DNA of 58,528 nt, the filler included, from Ionaspis alba (Eukaryota), in assembly GCA_964255285.1 (NCBI GenBank). It is 4 parts of 4 records of this genome, joined end to end, with 100 filler letters (N's around TTAATTAATTAA, not from the genome) between each part and the next. Parts side by side here need not be neighbours in the genome. Positions count along the whole stretch, not along the records: positions 1 to 14,599 come from CAXUUL010000413.1; 3 more parts are not named here. One strand, written 5' to 3'. Within the stretch, counting starts at the first letter, position 1. Every line of letters starts with the position of its first letter. The translations under genes were made by a program, and so were the position numbers. Shown piece after piece: positions 1 through 11,503 of this stretch. The notes under the pieces are model-generated. The model was given only the letters and a program-made list of their open reading frames with translations, was not told the DNA's origin and did not search any database.

Positions 1-1824
1 GAGTTTATGTGGCAGGGGGGGAAAGGAGGCGGGAGGACGATTAGTATGGCGGGAAATGGGTTCTCGGTGGATGTGGAGTTTGTGGAGGGGAGGGTGATGG
101 GTGTGGTGTTGAGTTTTCCGGAGGCGAAGGAGGCGGAGACGGAGGGGACTGCGGTGGTGGGAGCGGAGGTGCTGAGAAGGGATTTGTTGGGCAAAGACGG
201 GGAAAGTGGGTATGTGGAGTTGGAGGCTTTTGCAGGGAATTTGGGAAGATTGGCGAGGATGGGACAGCTTGGGACGGAGGGAGTTAGTTGTTTTGATGCT
301 GTCGAAGGGGTCTGGAGTGCGTTGAGGAAGATTTGGGTGTGGGAGGTTGGGAGGCACAGAGGGGATGGGCAGGCGGAGGAGGAGGTTGAGAGGGAGGTTA
401 TATGTCGGGGGAGTGGGAGACCGAGGATGCATGGGAGAGGGATGGTGGGGTTGAGGTTGGAGTATTGGATGGAGAGGAGGCTAGTCTCCGCTGGGGCGAG
501 GAAGGGCAAAGAAGCCGAAAAGAAGACGGATGGGAAGACGAAGGATAAAGAGCTCGAGGACGAGGAGAATGAGAAGGTTTGGTCAATGCTGATCGATTGC
601 GAGGCCTTTTCCGCTACGGAATATCCATGCATTCGGGTCTCGGACTCCTGGGTCTCGGAAGCTATCGAGAAGCCAATGCTCATGGACGACAACCTTTTCA
701 CTGGCGATAATTCAAGCATTGATTGGCAAGAACCTCCTTCTACATTCACCTCCCAGGCAAGCAATACAGATCCAGAAGCCATGAACATCGACTCCGACCT
801 CCTCCTGTCCGGAAAACTTCCCAATGTCCGCTTCGTGGCTCGCTTGGATCCACCAGTCACAGTGCCGCTGCAAACAGCCATCCAGATCTTCAATTCAGTC
901 GGGACTCCATTAGGTCCTGAGTTTTACCAGACAACTACATACATGAGTTTGCTTATTCCCTCTTCTTCTAAGCAGCCGAAATCTCAGTCGAAGAAACCCA
1001 TACAGGAGGATGTCCTTACATTCCGCCGGACCCTCGATTCATACAAGGAAGATGGCAGTGCAACCTCACACCACCACCTCTACAATCTCACGATACATCA
1101 AGGTAGATGGGCGCGCACAATCACTGATATTCCCTTCTCCCATCCAAAACAGCTTGTGATGATCTTGCCAACACTTCGACAATGGGCTTTCCTAGACAGG
1201 CTTCTCCAACGGACTTTTGCGGTAGACTCTCTATCCGCAGTCTCATCCTCGTTGTCAGCTCAACCATCCACATCAGATACCATCAACGGAACAGGAAGGA
1301 ATCTCTTAAACAACGGCCTTCAGAAATCTTTGCGTCAAAGGAGGTCGAAACAAAACTCCAAGTTCCACAAACACGCTCGTCCTCCTACGCCTTCGGATAC
1401 AGAATCTGACTCCGATCCTCCTCGACCACTACCTTCTACCCCGAAGTCCAAGAAGCCGACCAATTCAGCGCAGTCCGTCGAAAGCCAGCCGGACACCACA
1501 GCCCAGAATCTCGATCCACCCACACGCAAAATCGACCTCTCTCTCAACCTAGCTCTCCTCCCCCGCGTCGAACTCACTGTCAGCGTGCCTCCAAACAGAT
1601 CTTATCCAGGCCATTATAAGCGTGAAGGTTCGAAGGTTCATTTCCATATCACGCCAGGCGCGGAAATTAGTGCTGTATGGGACAAGACCGGTTGGAATAG
1701 TTCGGAGGCCACAGAGGGTGAAAATCTGGAAAGGGAGGATCAAGAGAGGAAAGCTGTTCGTCTCTTGAGCTTGAGTGAGGATTTGGGCATTGTGGGTGAG
1801 TGGATGGGGAAGTATAGAAGATGA
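1..1824 (+). CDS. MED1: Mediator complex subunit Med1, 5'-truncated by the window edge
   Basis: Long ORF with motifs recalled from Pezizomycotina Med1 (RTISMAG..VDVEF, GRPRMH.RG.VGLRLEYW, RFVARLDPPVTVP, IPFSHPKQL..ILPTLRQWA); stop TGA 1822-1824. Confidence 0.8.
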   Translation, partial: EFMWQGGKGGGRTISMAGNGFSVDVEFVEGRVMGVVLSFPEAKEAETEGTAVVGAEVLRRDLLGKDGESGYVELEAFAGNLGRLARMGQLGTEGVSCFDAVEGVWSALRKIWVWEVGRHRGDGQAEEEVEREVICRGSGRPRMHGRGMVGLRLEYWMERRLVSAGARKGKEAEKKTDGKTKDKELEDEENEKVWSMLIDCEAFSATEYPCIRVSDSWVSEAIEKPMLMDDNLFTGDNSSIDWQEPPSTFTSQASNTDPEAMNIDSDLLLSGKLPNVRFVARLDPPVTVPLQTAIQIFNSVGTPLGPEFYQTTTYMSLLIPSSSKQPKSQSKKPIQEDVLTFRRTLDSYKEDGSATSHHHLYNLTIHQGRWARTITDIPFSHPKQLVMILPTLRQWAFLDRLLQRTFAVDSLSAVSSSLSAQPSTSDTINGTGRNLLNNGLQKSLRQRRSKQNSKFHKHARPPTPSDTESDSDPPRPLPSTPKSKKPTNSAQSVESQPDTTAQNLDPPTRKIDLSLNLALLPRVELTVSVPPNRSYPGHYKREGSKVHFHITPGAEISAVWDKTGWNSSEATEGENLEREDQERKAVRLLSLSEDLGIVGEWMGKYRR

Positions 1825-1954
1825 GCTGTGAGACCGAGGCTATTTGATGTCGAANNNNNNNNNNNNNNNNNNNNNNNNNNNNNNNNNNNNNNNNNNNNNN
1901 NNNNNNNNNNNNNNNNNNNNNNNNNNNNNNNNNNNNNNNNNNNNNNNNNNNNNN

Positions 1955-2877
1955 TCCTCTACCAGGTCCGTCACGAACATGCCCACCACCTTTTCCACGA
2001 TCTCCACAAGACGCGCTACACCTTCCACACATTTGCAACAAACGCATACAAATTTCAGAGAAATCCCAATAGAAGCACCATACAACTTCCCATTATGACA
2101 AGTGAACATCAAAGCCTGGCAGTTCCTCCTCACACCTCGAAACCTAACTTCGGCTGGCCACAACTCCTCTCCATCCTACAAGCAAATCCCATCTTCGAAC
2201 CAGACAGATTCATGGAAGAGCTCCCAACCATGACGACCTCCCAACTAACCCGAGCTCACCTCCTCATGAACCACCCGGTCTACCGCCTCTGGAACAGCTC
2301 CATATTCTCCGGCCCACTAGCCATCCAAGGAAATGAGACAAACGAAAAGCAGAAACTCATCTCTTGCACAAGCTACTTTTGCAACGAGCTCCTCGGGGAA
2401 CAGCTGGACAAGCCTGACATTTTGCCTCTAGCCTTCTTTTGTAGCATGCATGCCGATCCCGCGGATAAACTACACAGCGCTGGAGGAATTTTGCGGAGTC
2501 TGATCTCGCAACTCGTGGCCTTCTATCGCGACATTTTGGATCTCGGATTCATCGAGGAAGAAAGCCTAAAACGAATCCAGGAGTTTGACCTTCACGCTCT
2601 CAGCGATCTGCTGAAAGGCCTGTTGCAGCAGGTGGGTGAGAAGGAAGTTTTCTGTATTGTGGATGGGATCTCGTTGTTCGAGTCTGAGGCAGGGAGCGAT
2701 GACATAAGTTTACTGATACGACTTCTGGCGAACTTGAGACCGAGACGGGGAAAATCTGAGAAGGAAGTCCTTTTCAAGTTGCTGGTGACGAGCTCGGCTG
2801 AGGATGAATATGTGAGAAAATGGATTCCGGCAGACAGGATCCTGGCGTTGCCCAGCGAGACTGCGGGAGGAGAATAG
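1955..2877 (+). CDS. Fungal protein with degenerate NACHT/P-loop-like C-terminal domain; 5' part in gap
   Basis: Open frame from the gap to TAG 2877; LAFFC, LRSLISQL, FCIVDGISLFE (Walker-B-like) and FKLLVTS strands resemble fungal NACHT-associated domains; no GxxGxGKS. Confidence 0.55.
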
Positions 2878-4347
2878 GTGCTTTAGTAGGATGTAAACGA
2901 TGGAGGTCGAGACCGGGCTTCGATGAGGACTAGGATTGGTTTTGAGAAGCATGCGCAAATGTCATTAGTTGGAGGAGGCAGCTTGAGAGTAGGGGTATCT
3001 AGCAGGCGTCGGTAGAATATTTCAATAGACCAAGCTCTTCTCTCACGATTCCATGATCCAAATAGACAATCCCCGAGAAGCCGGTGTCACATTGAGGGAA
3101 GGGGAATAGACATTTCTAGCAAATCAAATCAAACAATTATTGAAATACAAATGAATGGAAATTTCAATGCTACCAGTCGCATTCTGTGGTCCGCACTGGA
3201 ACAGTCCGTGCAGTCCGTTTCCCTTTGTGCATCTTCAAAAATCCCGGATCCATTCCTCGATTGGGGTGAAGTCTTACGGATGAGATCAGTAAAGGATCAG
3301 GCTCAAGACCTGTGCCATTATTCGAAAGAGCAAGCTGTACGAGTAAATGTGGAAGACTGAAAATCCACATGTATAACGGAGAGCCATTGCAAGATAAGTT
3401 AATCACCCCATGAGGGCAGTCGTTCTGATCGCCTACAAGGCAAGCCCATATAGAGCCTTGTTGGACTTCGACATACTTGTCCGCAGAAGAACGAGGCAGT
3501 TTGTGCCTTGGCTCTCAGAGGTGTGAATAATAATACGGCAAGTTACAGATGTGACCCCCAAAGCGACCTTTTTTACTAATCTGGCCCCCATTTTACAATA
3601 ATAATAGATCATATCGGGCCGGACCCTCGCTTCCTGCTACTTCCTGCGACGCTAGACGGAGAAAGGAAGCACGAGGAGTGCGGCTGAGTCGATATCCTAA
3701 AACCCAGCCTCTCAGCGTCTACGCCCGGCGAAGGAGCTTAATTCGGAGACTAATGTGCCTCTTCTGCAGCCATTCATTTCCAGTATCACACATCCCAATT
3801 TACCACATTCGTCAATCCTGCATTATTGTCAAGATTGGACATCCAAATTTGCCTGACTTCGAATGGTGTTGCAGTTGAGCTTGAGTTGAAACATTGGTGA
3901 TGAGACAGTAAGTGATGATGCTTCGTGAACGATGAGTGAGATACACCTGTGCTCCACCTTCCAATCCAATTCCCTCCCCGAGACCAACAGGAGGAGGCTC
4001 AGTGGGGATGAATTCATGGGACCAGAACACCACTAAGCCCAGGTTCAGCCCCTGAGGCTTGTACTTCGCACCGTGATACACGTGTTGTGTCGAACCAACA
4101 GCATCTCCTTCCTTCTTACTGGCTCCTTCGAAGGTTGGCGCACAGGATGAGTCTTGTAATTAGCATAACTCACGCAGTGCACCATCCCGTGTTGACGATA
4201 GCCGACGATCCTACACCAAATATACTATCCTCCTGCTTTTTGTCTTTTTCCCGTCTTCGCGAACCTGTGTCTCTAAACTTCGATCTCCTCTTTTTGTTCT
4301 CATCTTCTGTCGTATATCTAGCGCGGTACATATTGGTCTTCTTCATC

Positions 4348-5259
4348 ATGCGGTGTTGGTTCTTGCTCGTGCAACTCTTTGTGTCCTTGTGCACAGCTCA
4401 GAATGGAGGGGAATTTTTCAATCCCGTGGGTCCTGGACCCGTGAACGATTATACCAAGAACCCAACCTACACGATCGGAGATACAGTTCAAGTAAGATGG
4501 TCTACAACATGGGATAGAATTTCTTTGGTGCTGTGGCAAAATGGATACAATGAATTTGAATATCTTCTCGGTAGGGTGCATTGATCACAGCTCCAAGATC
4601 TTCGTACCTAACCACTGGCAACAGCAAATGTGTCAAACCCAAACAACTATGACTGGAAGGTTACCACAAACAGAGACATATCCCATCCAGGCGACGTCAA
4701 CGGTACTGTTTTCTTTCTCAATGTCTTCAACTTCGGGACCGACAACGCTTTCGGCAGCCATTACTTCAACATCACCCCAGCCGCGACTACTACATCCTCA
4801 ACCACTATGACCACCTCTTCCACATCCTCGACCGCCACCAACGCGATAATCACAACCTCCACTGCTACAGCCGGAACAACGCCACAGGCAGCAGGTGCAT
4901 CTGCCGTTGCCGACGGTGGACTAAGTACAACAACCAAAATCGGTCTTGGCGCCGGTATTGGTGTCGGTGTCCCAATCTTGGTTGCCCTTGGAGTTATAAT
5001 CGGACTTCTGCTACGGCGGAATCGCAACAAGGGAGGCAATACCTCTGCACCTCCTTACGCACCAGTACCCACTTCGAACCAGCACGGAGCTGCACCAATG
5101 CATCAACATGGTGCAGAAGGTTACTATGCAGGTCCGGAGAAGATCGGGCAGGAAGGGTACAGGACAGCACACGAAGCACCGACGGATACAGAGGTCCGTC
5201 CAGAACTTGGTGGGTCGCAGGGAGTGTACGAGCTGCCTCACGATGAATCACGTCGATGA
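4348..5259 (+). CDS. Single-pass Ser/Thr-rich cell-surface membrane protein (Mid2/Wsc-like architecture)
   Basis: Signal peptide MRCWFLLVQLFVSLCTA; intron 4571-4624 (GTAGGG..CTAAC..CAG) joins two ORFs in frame; T/S-rich stalk; TM IGLGAGIGVGVPILVALGVIIGLLL then RRNR; cytoplasmic tail with PPY and ELP motifs. Confidence 0.8.
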
Positions 5260-5525
5260 GTCCGATCTTTTGAAATAGTATTTGCATAGCGTAGGAGCAT
5301 TTTGGCTTATTTTTGTCATGTAATTATTTTGGAGGAAGCGAGGCGCTCTTCTGTCTANNNNNNNNNNNNNNNNNNNNNNNNNNNNNNNNNNNNNNNNNNN
5401 NNNNNNNNNNNNNNNNNNNNNNNNNNNNNNNNNNNNNNNNNNNNNNNNNNNNNNNNNTGGATAGAGTTGAAATCTTGGAGACTACATCTCCAAACCCATC
5501 CCAGCCAAACTCCGACAATTTCTTC

Positions 5526-6584
5526 TCAATCAAATTCATTCGCCTTCTCACCGTTCCCTTCCTCCAGATGCTCTTCAGCAGGCGGAAACCACTGGTTCTC
5601 GCCTTCCTTCGGATGATCACCTTTCCAAGAGCCTTTGAAGAGATGCTGAACGAAGGCCTCCTCATGGTCCGGCGACTGCGCATTCGAATGACCTTGACCG
5701 CTCCCAAAAGCCGTGATTGGCAAAATAACAATATCGTCCACAAGCATCGGATGACGAATGCCGGTGACGTTCAACCAAGTGAAGTTGGTCCCGGTCGACG
5801 TTGACAAGATCTCGAAGACGGCTTCACTGAAGATGCCTGGTCCGGTGGTGTCTAAAACTTGCTTGAACGAGGGCTTTACTCCGGCGAGAGTCGTCTCCTG
5901 CTGTAGTGCAAGTCTCTTCAGCGCTTTGATCACTCGAGCCACCGTCAACTCCAGCAACGGATGTGCTGGCATCGCCAAGATAGCCCAAGTACAGAATTGC
6001 AAGTCCAGCGTCCAGTCATCCCATCGATCGCCATCCATCTTATCATACTCGACGCCAACAACAACCTTAGCCCGGCTCCTGAACTCCGTCGGAATCCAAT
6101 CATCAATCGGCTTCAGCAATCTGGTATCCAAATCACTATAAACCCCCCCATCACCTAGCAGCACCAAATAGCGAATAAGATCCGACCTCAAAATGGGATC
6201 CTGCAAATCCACAAACGCCTCCACAATCTCCCACCGATCCGCAAACCGCTCCCTCACATAGCTCTCAGCACTATACTGCGTCACAATCTCATATCTCCAC
6301 TTCTGATTGATCTTGGTCCAAGACTGCACAGCCTGGCGATCGCCGTCATCCATGCCCGCCGGCCCGGTCTTGGCCGTCTGCCAGATTTTGCGCGGGAATT
6401 CAGACTTGGCGAAGGAGGAGGAGGACGTGTTAGGGAGTTTGGGGGGCGCGGACCAGTGGTAGGGGAGGCTGGTGCTGCTGTGGGCGAGGTAGAGGAAGTG
6501 GAAGATGAAGATTGCGAGGAAGCAGGAGAGGAGGAGGGTGGTGCGGGAAGATTTGGGGTCATGGGTGGAGGTGAGGAAGCCCAT
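5526..6584 (-). CDS. GT32 alpha-1,6-mannosyltransferase (OCH1-like)
   Basis: Type II N-terminal TM, FPRKIWQT, RSDLIRYLVL..GGVYSDLD (DxD motif), QFCTW, TTGPGIF, HLFKGSWK. Confidence 0.9.
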   Translation of the reverse strand: MGFLTSTHDPKSSRTTLLLSCFLAIFIFHFLYLAHSSTSLPYHWSAPPKLPNTSSSSFAKSEFPRKIWQTAKTGPAGMDDGDRQAVQSWTKINQKWRYEIVTQYSAESYVRERFADRWEIVEAFVDLQDPILRSDLIRYLVLLGDGGVYSDLDTRLLKPIDDWIPTEFRSRAKVVVGVEYDKMDGDRWDDWTLDLQFCTWAILAMPAHPLLELTVARVIKALKRLALQQETTLAGVKPSFKQVLDTTGPGIFSEAVFEILSTSTGTNFTWLNVTGIRHPMLVDDIVILPITAFGSGQGHSNAQSPDHEEAFVQHLFKGSWKGDHPKEGENQWFPPAEEHLEEGNGEKANEFD

Positions 6585-6852
6585 TGTGGAACTTTGCTGG
6601 AAGTGGGTGGATGTGCGCTNNNNNNNNNNNNNNNNNNNNNNNNNNNNNNNNNNNNNNNNNNNNNNNNNNNNNNNNNNNNNNNNNNNNNNNNNNNNNNNNN
6701 NNNNNNNNNNNNNNNNNNNGCGCATGACGTACCCGCCAACTCCCCTGCATACCGCCCTTACCCGTCAACTAAACTTTCAGACCCGAAAACCAGCTATCAC
6801 AAGCATCATGACAATCCCTCCTCCACTCTTATGGCTCTCTATCTAAACAACA

Positions 6853-8958
6853 ATGTCCTCCCTACGCCGCCGCATCCTCGGCGACCCCTCGCCCTCTCCC
6901 CTCCCCTCTCGTGAAGCCACCCCAGCCGATGGCGAAGAAGTGCGGCTCGTCCCACTTTCCAAGCTGCGGCGTCTGACGACGCGGAAAAGAAGCAAGCGGC
7001 GGAATGGGATAATCTTTGGGCTGGGAGGGCTGTTTGGCATTATCGTGGCGGCGTTCTTTGCGAATCAGTCGGATGTGATTAATCTGGAGGGGCTGCTGGA
7101 TATTAATTTGGAGAGCTTGCTGGATGTGATTCCCGCTGGGATTGTGAGGGATGCGAAGGAGCTTACTGTAGGGTTTTTTTGAGCTGGTGGTTTATATGGA
7201 AGGAGAGATGCTGATGGGTTGTGTGAGGATAGCAACATGAGCGTGATGCGGTCAACTACGATTCCTTTTCCGTAGGACTACATCTACAATCGCAGGGCGT
7301 AAAGGCATTGCACCCCGTCATTATGATACCCGGCGTTATATCTACCGGACTAGAAAGCTGGGGCACGGAGAACGCGTCAAGACAGTACTTTAGGAAGAGG
7401 TTATGGGGGAGTTGGAGCATGATGCGAGCTTTGGTTCTGGACAAAGCTGGATGGAAGAAACATATTATGCTGGATAAGATCACCGGCTTAGATCCTCCTG
7501 GCATCAAGCTTCGAGCTGCGCAGGGCTTCGACGCGGCAGATTTGTGAGAGAGTCTGCTCCGGTCCGGACTGCTTGAGCTGATGGTTTGGATTCGCAGCTT
7601 TATCACGGGGTACTGGATCTGGAATAAGATCTTGGAGAACTTGGCTACTATCGGTTATGATCCTGTGAGTGATTTCCGTTGTAAGAGAGGCATGATAATG
7701 TCGCTCACGTGTGCCCAGACGAATGCTTTCACGGCTGCTTATGATTGGCGACTCTCATATATCAACCTAGAAAAAAGGGACCAGTACTTCACACGCCTGA
7801 AACTGTACATCGAGCTCGCTTACGCCACCTCGGGCCAAAAAGTCGTTCTCGTCTCCCACAGCATGGGCTCCCAAGTCCTCTTCTACTTCTTCCACTGGGC
7901 CGAAGCAGAAGGACATGGAGGCGGTGGTCCGAACTGGGTCGACAAGTTCATCGAATCCTGGGTCAACATAAGCGGCTGCATGCTCGGAGCACTGAAAGGT
8001 CTTCCAGCCGTGCTCTCCGGAGAGATGAAAGACACCGCCCAGTTGAACGCCTTCGCCGTCTACGGTCTCGAGAAGTTCCTTTCCCGTGAAGAGCGTGCCG
8101 AGATCTTCCGCGCCATGCCAGGAATTTCCAGCATGCTGCCCAAGGGCGGCAATGCCGTTTGGGGCAACAAAACATGGGCACCTGATGATCTCCCAGGTCA
8201 GAATGTCAGTTTCGGCACGTTTATCAATTTCAAGGAGAGCAACTCGTCACAATCACCCGCCAATCTGACTGTCGAGGAGAGCTTGAAATATCTCTTTGAC
8301 CACAGCGACGATTGGTACCAGGACCAGATCAAGGAGAGCTACTCGCACGGCGTGGCGCATACGGCTGCTGAGGTCGAAGATAACGCGAAGGACCCACGGA
8401 AATGGATAAACCCACTCGAGACGAGGCTGCCACTCGCCCCCAATCTAAAAATCTACTGCTTCTACGGCATCGGTAAAAGCACCGAACGCAGTTACTTCTA
8501 CCGCGAGTCGCAGTCGCCTGGTGCCAAGCTGAATGTAACCATCGATACGGCTCTCACGACAGGGGGAATCGATCATGGAGTTATCCCAGGTGAAGGCGAT
8601 GGTACGGTACCGCTGCTCAGCAACGGGTACATGTGTGCGAGGGGTTGGAAGGTCAAGAGATACAACCCGGCTGGCGTGAAGGTCAAGGTGTTTGAGATGC
8701 CGCATGAACCTGATCGATTCTCGCCGAGGGGTGGGCCTAATACTGGTGAGTGCTTCCCCATGAAGTCCTGGTATATATATGCAAGCCGGGGACTAATGGA
8801 CCGGTTGTATAGGCGATCATGTTGATATCCTCGGCCGGTCTTCGCTCAATGACCTGGTCCTGAGGGTTGCTGGAGGGAAGGGCGAGCAGATAGAGGAGAA
8901 TATTGTTTCCGATATACTGGAATACTCTGCAAAGGTCAAAATTTACGATGACGAGTGA
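6853..8958 (+). CDS. LRO1: Phospholipid:diacylglycerol acyltransferase
   Basis: HPVIMIPGVISTGLESW, AAYDWRLS, SHSMG nucleophile, GEGDGTVPLLS, HVDILG; predicted introns 7168-7232, 7544-7597, 7664-7718, 8746-8813; stop 8956-8958. Confidence 0.95.
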
Positions 8959-9542
8959 ACGACACNNNNNNNNNNNNNNNNNNNNNNNNNNNNNNNNNNN
9001 NNNNNNNNNNNNNNNNNNNNNNNNNNNNNNNNNNNNNNNNNNNNNNNNNNNNNNNNNNNNNNNNNTGGTACTTGCAGGAGTTCATGCAGTGGCGGATGAT
9101 GATCACAGTCGTGGATGAAGTGTTTCAGCGTTGTCCGCTAGTGGTGCACATCGTAAATAGCCCTAATGCAACGAGAAGAAGAAGCGGATAGCATGGATGT
9201 CGCTGATGAGGTTATCTCACGTTTGTTGCATCGTGCAAGACAGGGATCTGGATATGATGTATTTCTGGTGCAGGACATCCGGTGAGGGTGTGTCTGGCTG
9301 GTCGGAGGTGACTCCGACCGTTCATCGATTGTAACAGGGTCCAACCAGCCAGAAGCCGGTCATACTTGGTCCCACTCGCGCCAGTGACAGAGCTGGTGAT
9401 CTTCATGACCTGCTTTTCACCGTGCCATCTTCGACTCTTTAACGCCGAGGAGTTGGCTCACATTGACTAGGCTTGCGGCGAAGATGGTGATGGGTGCCGA
9501 AAGCTGGATGACCACCGAAGCGATGATTCATGGGTGGCTGGT

Positions 9543-9573
9543 CACTAAAGCATCACTAAAGCATCGCTAAAGC
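9543..9573 (+). repeat. 11-bp tandem repeat (CACTAAAGCAT, ~2.8 copies)
   Basis: Read directly from sequence. Confidence 0.8.
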
Positions 9574-10755
9574 CAACTATGGAAGTCAACTAGCACATGA
9601 TCTTCAGCGGGATACAAGAAAAGGGACGAAAGGTACAAAAGAGAGGTACCTGACAGCACCCCTTGCAGCATATGCGACCAGCTGAAGGAGGCCTCCGTAG
9701 CGCAGCTTGTCTCGACGAGTCCACACGAAGCCACAGGATCATCCTTGCTTGCAACGCACACAAAGTCTACTGGGACATCCTTTTGCATTCCTTTTCTGTG
9801 GTACAAACTCTGCCGCAACGACAAGCACATGCAACAGGAATCATCACTGAATGGCGGTGAGTAAGAGCATGAGGCAGTCAGACGGCGGAACGGTCGCTTC
9901 GGCTGTATTTGAGGCATTTCAGGCACCGGAAGGAATGGATGATACCTTCAATTCAGGGCGCGCATTCTCTCCACTCTCCACTCTCCATGAAGCGGTACCT
10001 GTTACTTCACAGCTGCCCAGAGGACAAGAACGAACGAGATGCAGCTAATAGGTGCCCCACTATTCCCCCTCCATCCTCCCCTTCCACAGCACCCCACCTT
10101 ACCTGTTGACGCCCACGACGCCCGTCCTCGGGGCAGGCGAATAGGACGATCCGAAAGTCGCCTCCTCGCATCCTTCCTTTCTCTAGTCTTCCCAGGTCGA
10201 GGCAGTTCTGGGCAAACAGAGGGCAAACCACGACAGAAGCATGTGATTCTCAAGTCCGACCTGCGGTACCCTAACCAGAGAAATGAGCCGCACCAGAACC
10301 TTATGGGTCCCCCAGTTTTCACCTGGTCCGGTTGAGTCTAAGGTCTAGACCAGTCACAGGTATGGTATTGAAGATCGAAGAGCCAGGGAGGCAGTTCGTT
10401 GGAGGGACAGAATTTGGAGAAGCTGTTGTGAGACGTTATGCTCTGAATACTCTATTACCATGAAGCTTTGTCCATTTTAAACGCAATCGTTGCCGTCATC
10501 GTCTACCATTATTTCTCCATCCTCCAGATACACCATGTGTATATATCTGGAGGAATAGAACAGCAGCACAAGTTACTGCCTCGATAAAAGACCAATTCAT
10601 GAAGTCGAAAATAGGAAGGATCCGACAAGGCACACGAAGAACAATCACGGATCTTGTTTCCCCTTGTTGCGATTGCCCCCTATGCTCTGCTCTAGTCGCC
10701 AAACTATACCCCGAAGTGCCAGCAGTAGTCAGCCCCAGAGGGTCCCCAATCATCA

Positions 10756-10782
10756 GCCATGTCTGCCATGTCTGCCATGCCT
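10756..10782 (+). repeat. 9-bp tandem repeat (GCCATGTCT x3, last copy imperfect)
   Basis: Read directly from sequence, upstream of the nsdC-like gene. Confidence 0.8.
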
Positions 10783-11503
10783 GGGGGCAGCTAGCGAGCG
10801 AACTAGCCAGGGAATCAAGAGATCTCCCTGCGCGCTCTAACTCTTCCGATTGCGACACCCCGCCGCACCCGAACTCTCGATTCGACTCGACTCGACTCCG
10901 ACACCAACAAGGCCAGCCTTCTCACCTTCCCTAGCCATCTCTCTTCATTCCAACTTCCATCATCACCACGGCGCGCATCCATCGCCGATATATCCATATA
11001 CCGTACACACTATCTCTCCCCGTCGACAAAGACCCGTCATCTTCCTGAGGTCATCCCGTGCACAGCCTGTCGGCGATCCTTCTTCTTATCGAACACGCCA
11101 TCCCACCTGAGGCGGCTACCAGCAGCAGTGACCCCTCTGCGACCGCATTTCTAAAGACCTTCCAATGCACCGAGTCTCCATCAACTGCTGAGCATTCAGA
11201 AGCTGTATCTCTAAGCCCTTCTCATACACCTCGTGCATTCGTCCGAGCGAAGCACGTCCCGGACAATCTTTGAGGCTGAAGATCGTTGCATGTCTGATGA
11301 CAAATAAGAGAAGGGATATCGATACTACGAAAACAGATTCGATCAGATCCTCGTGCAAAGCGGCCAACTGCATATCAGTATTCGCCGAGTTGACAGTTGA
11401 ACAACGTTGTGGATTTTGTTTGTGATACCAATCCACACAGAGCCTGCGCTGCCAATTCAAGGCTCCCAGCCCGTCTCGAATCTAGCACCAAGACGACGCA
11501 GAC

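Noticed and set aside
1..600. Strong G/T versus C/A strand skew within genes (MED1 5' part, OCH1-like, LRO1, ends of nsdC and RAD5)
   Set aside because: It recurs in many ordinary genes here and follows synonymous codon choice, so it looks like a genome-wide trait rather than a discrete element.
1828..1954. ORF-track entries reading through N-runs, and the many antisense ORFs over real genes
   Set aside because: Artefacts of placeholder gaps and codon bias.
9066..9410. Short ORFs running into the gap after LRO1
   Set aside because: No consistent frame or motif.
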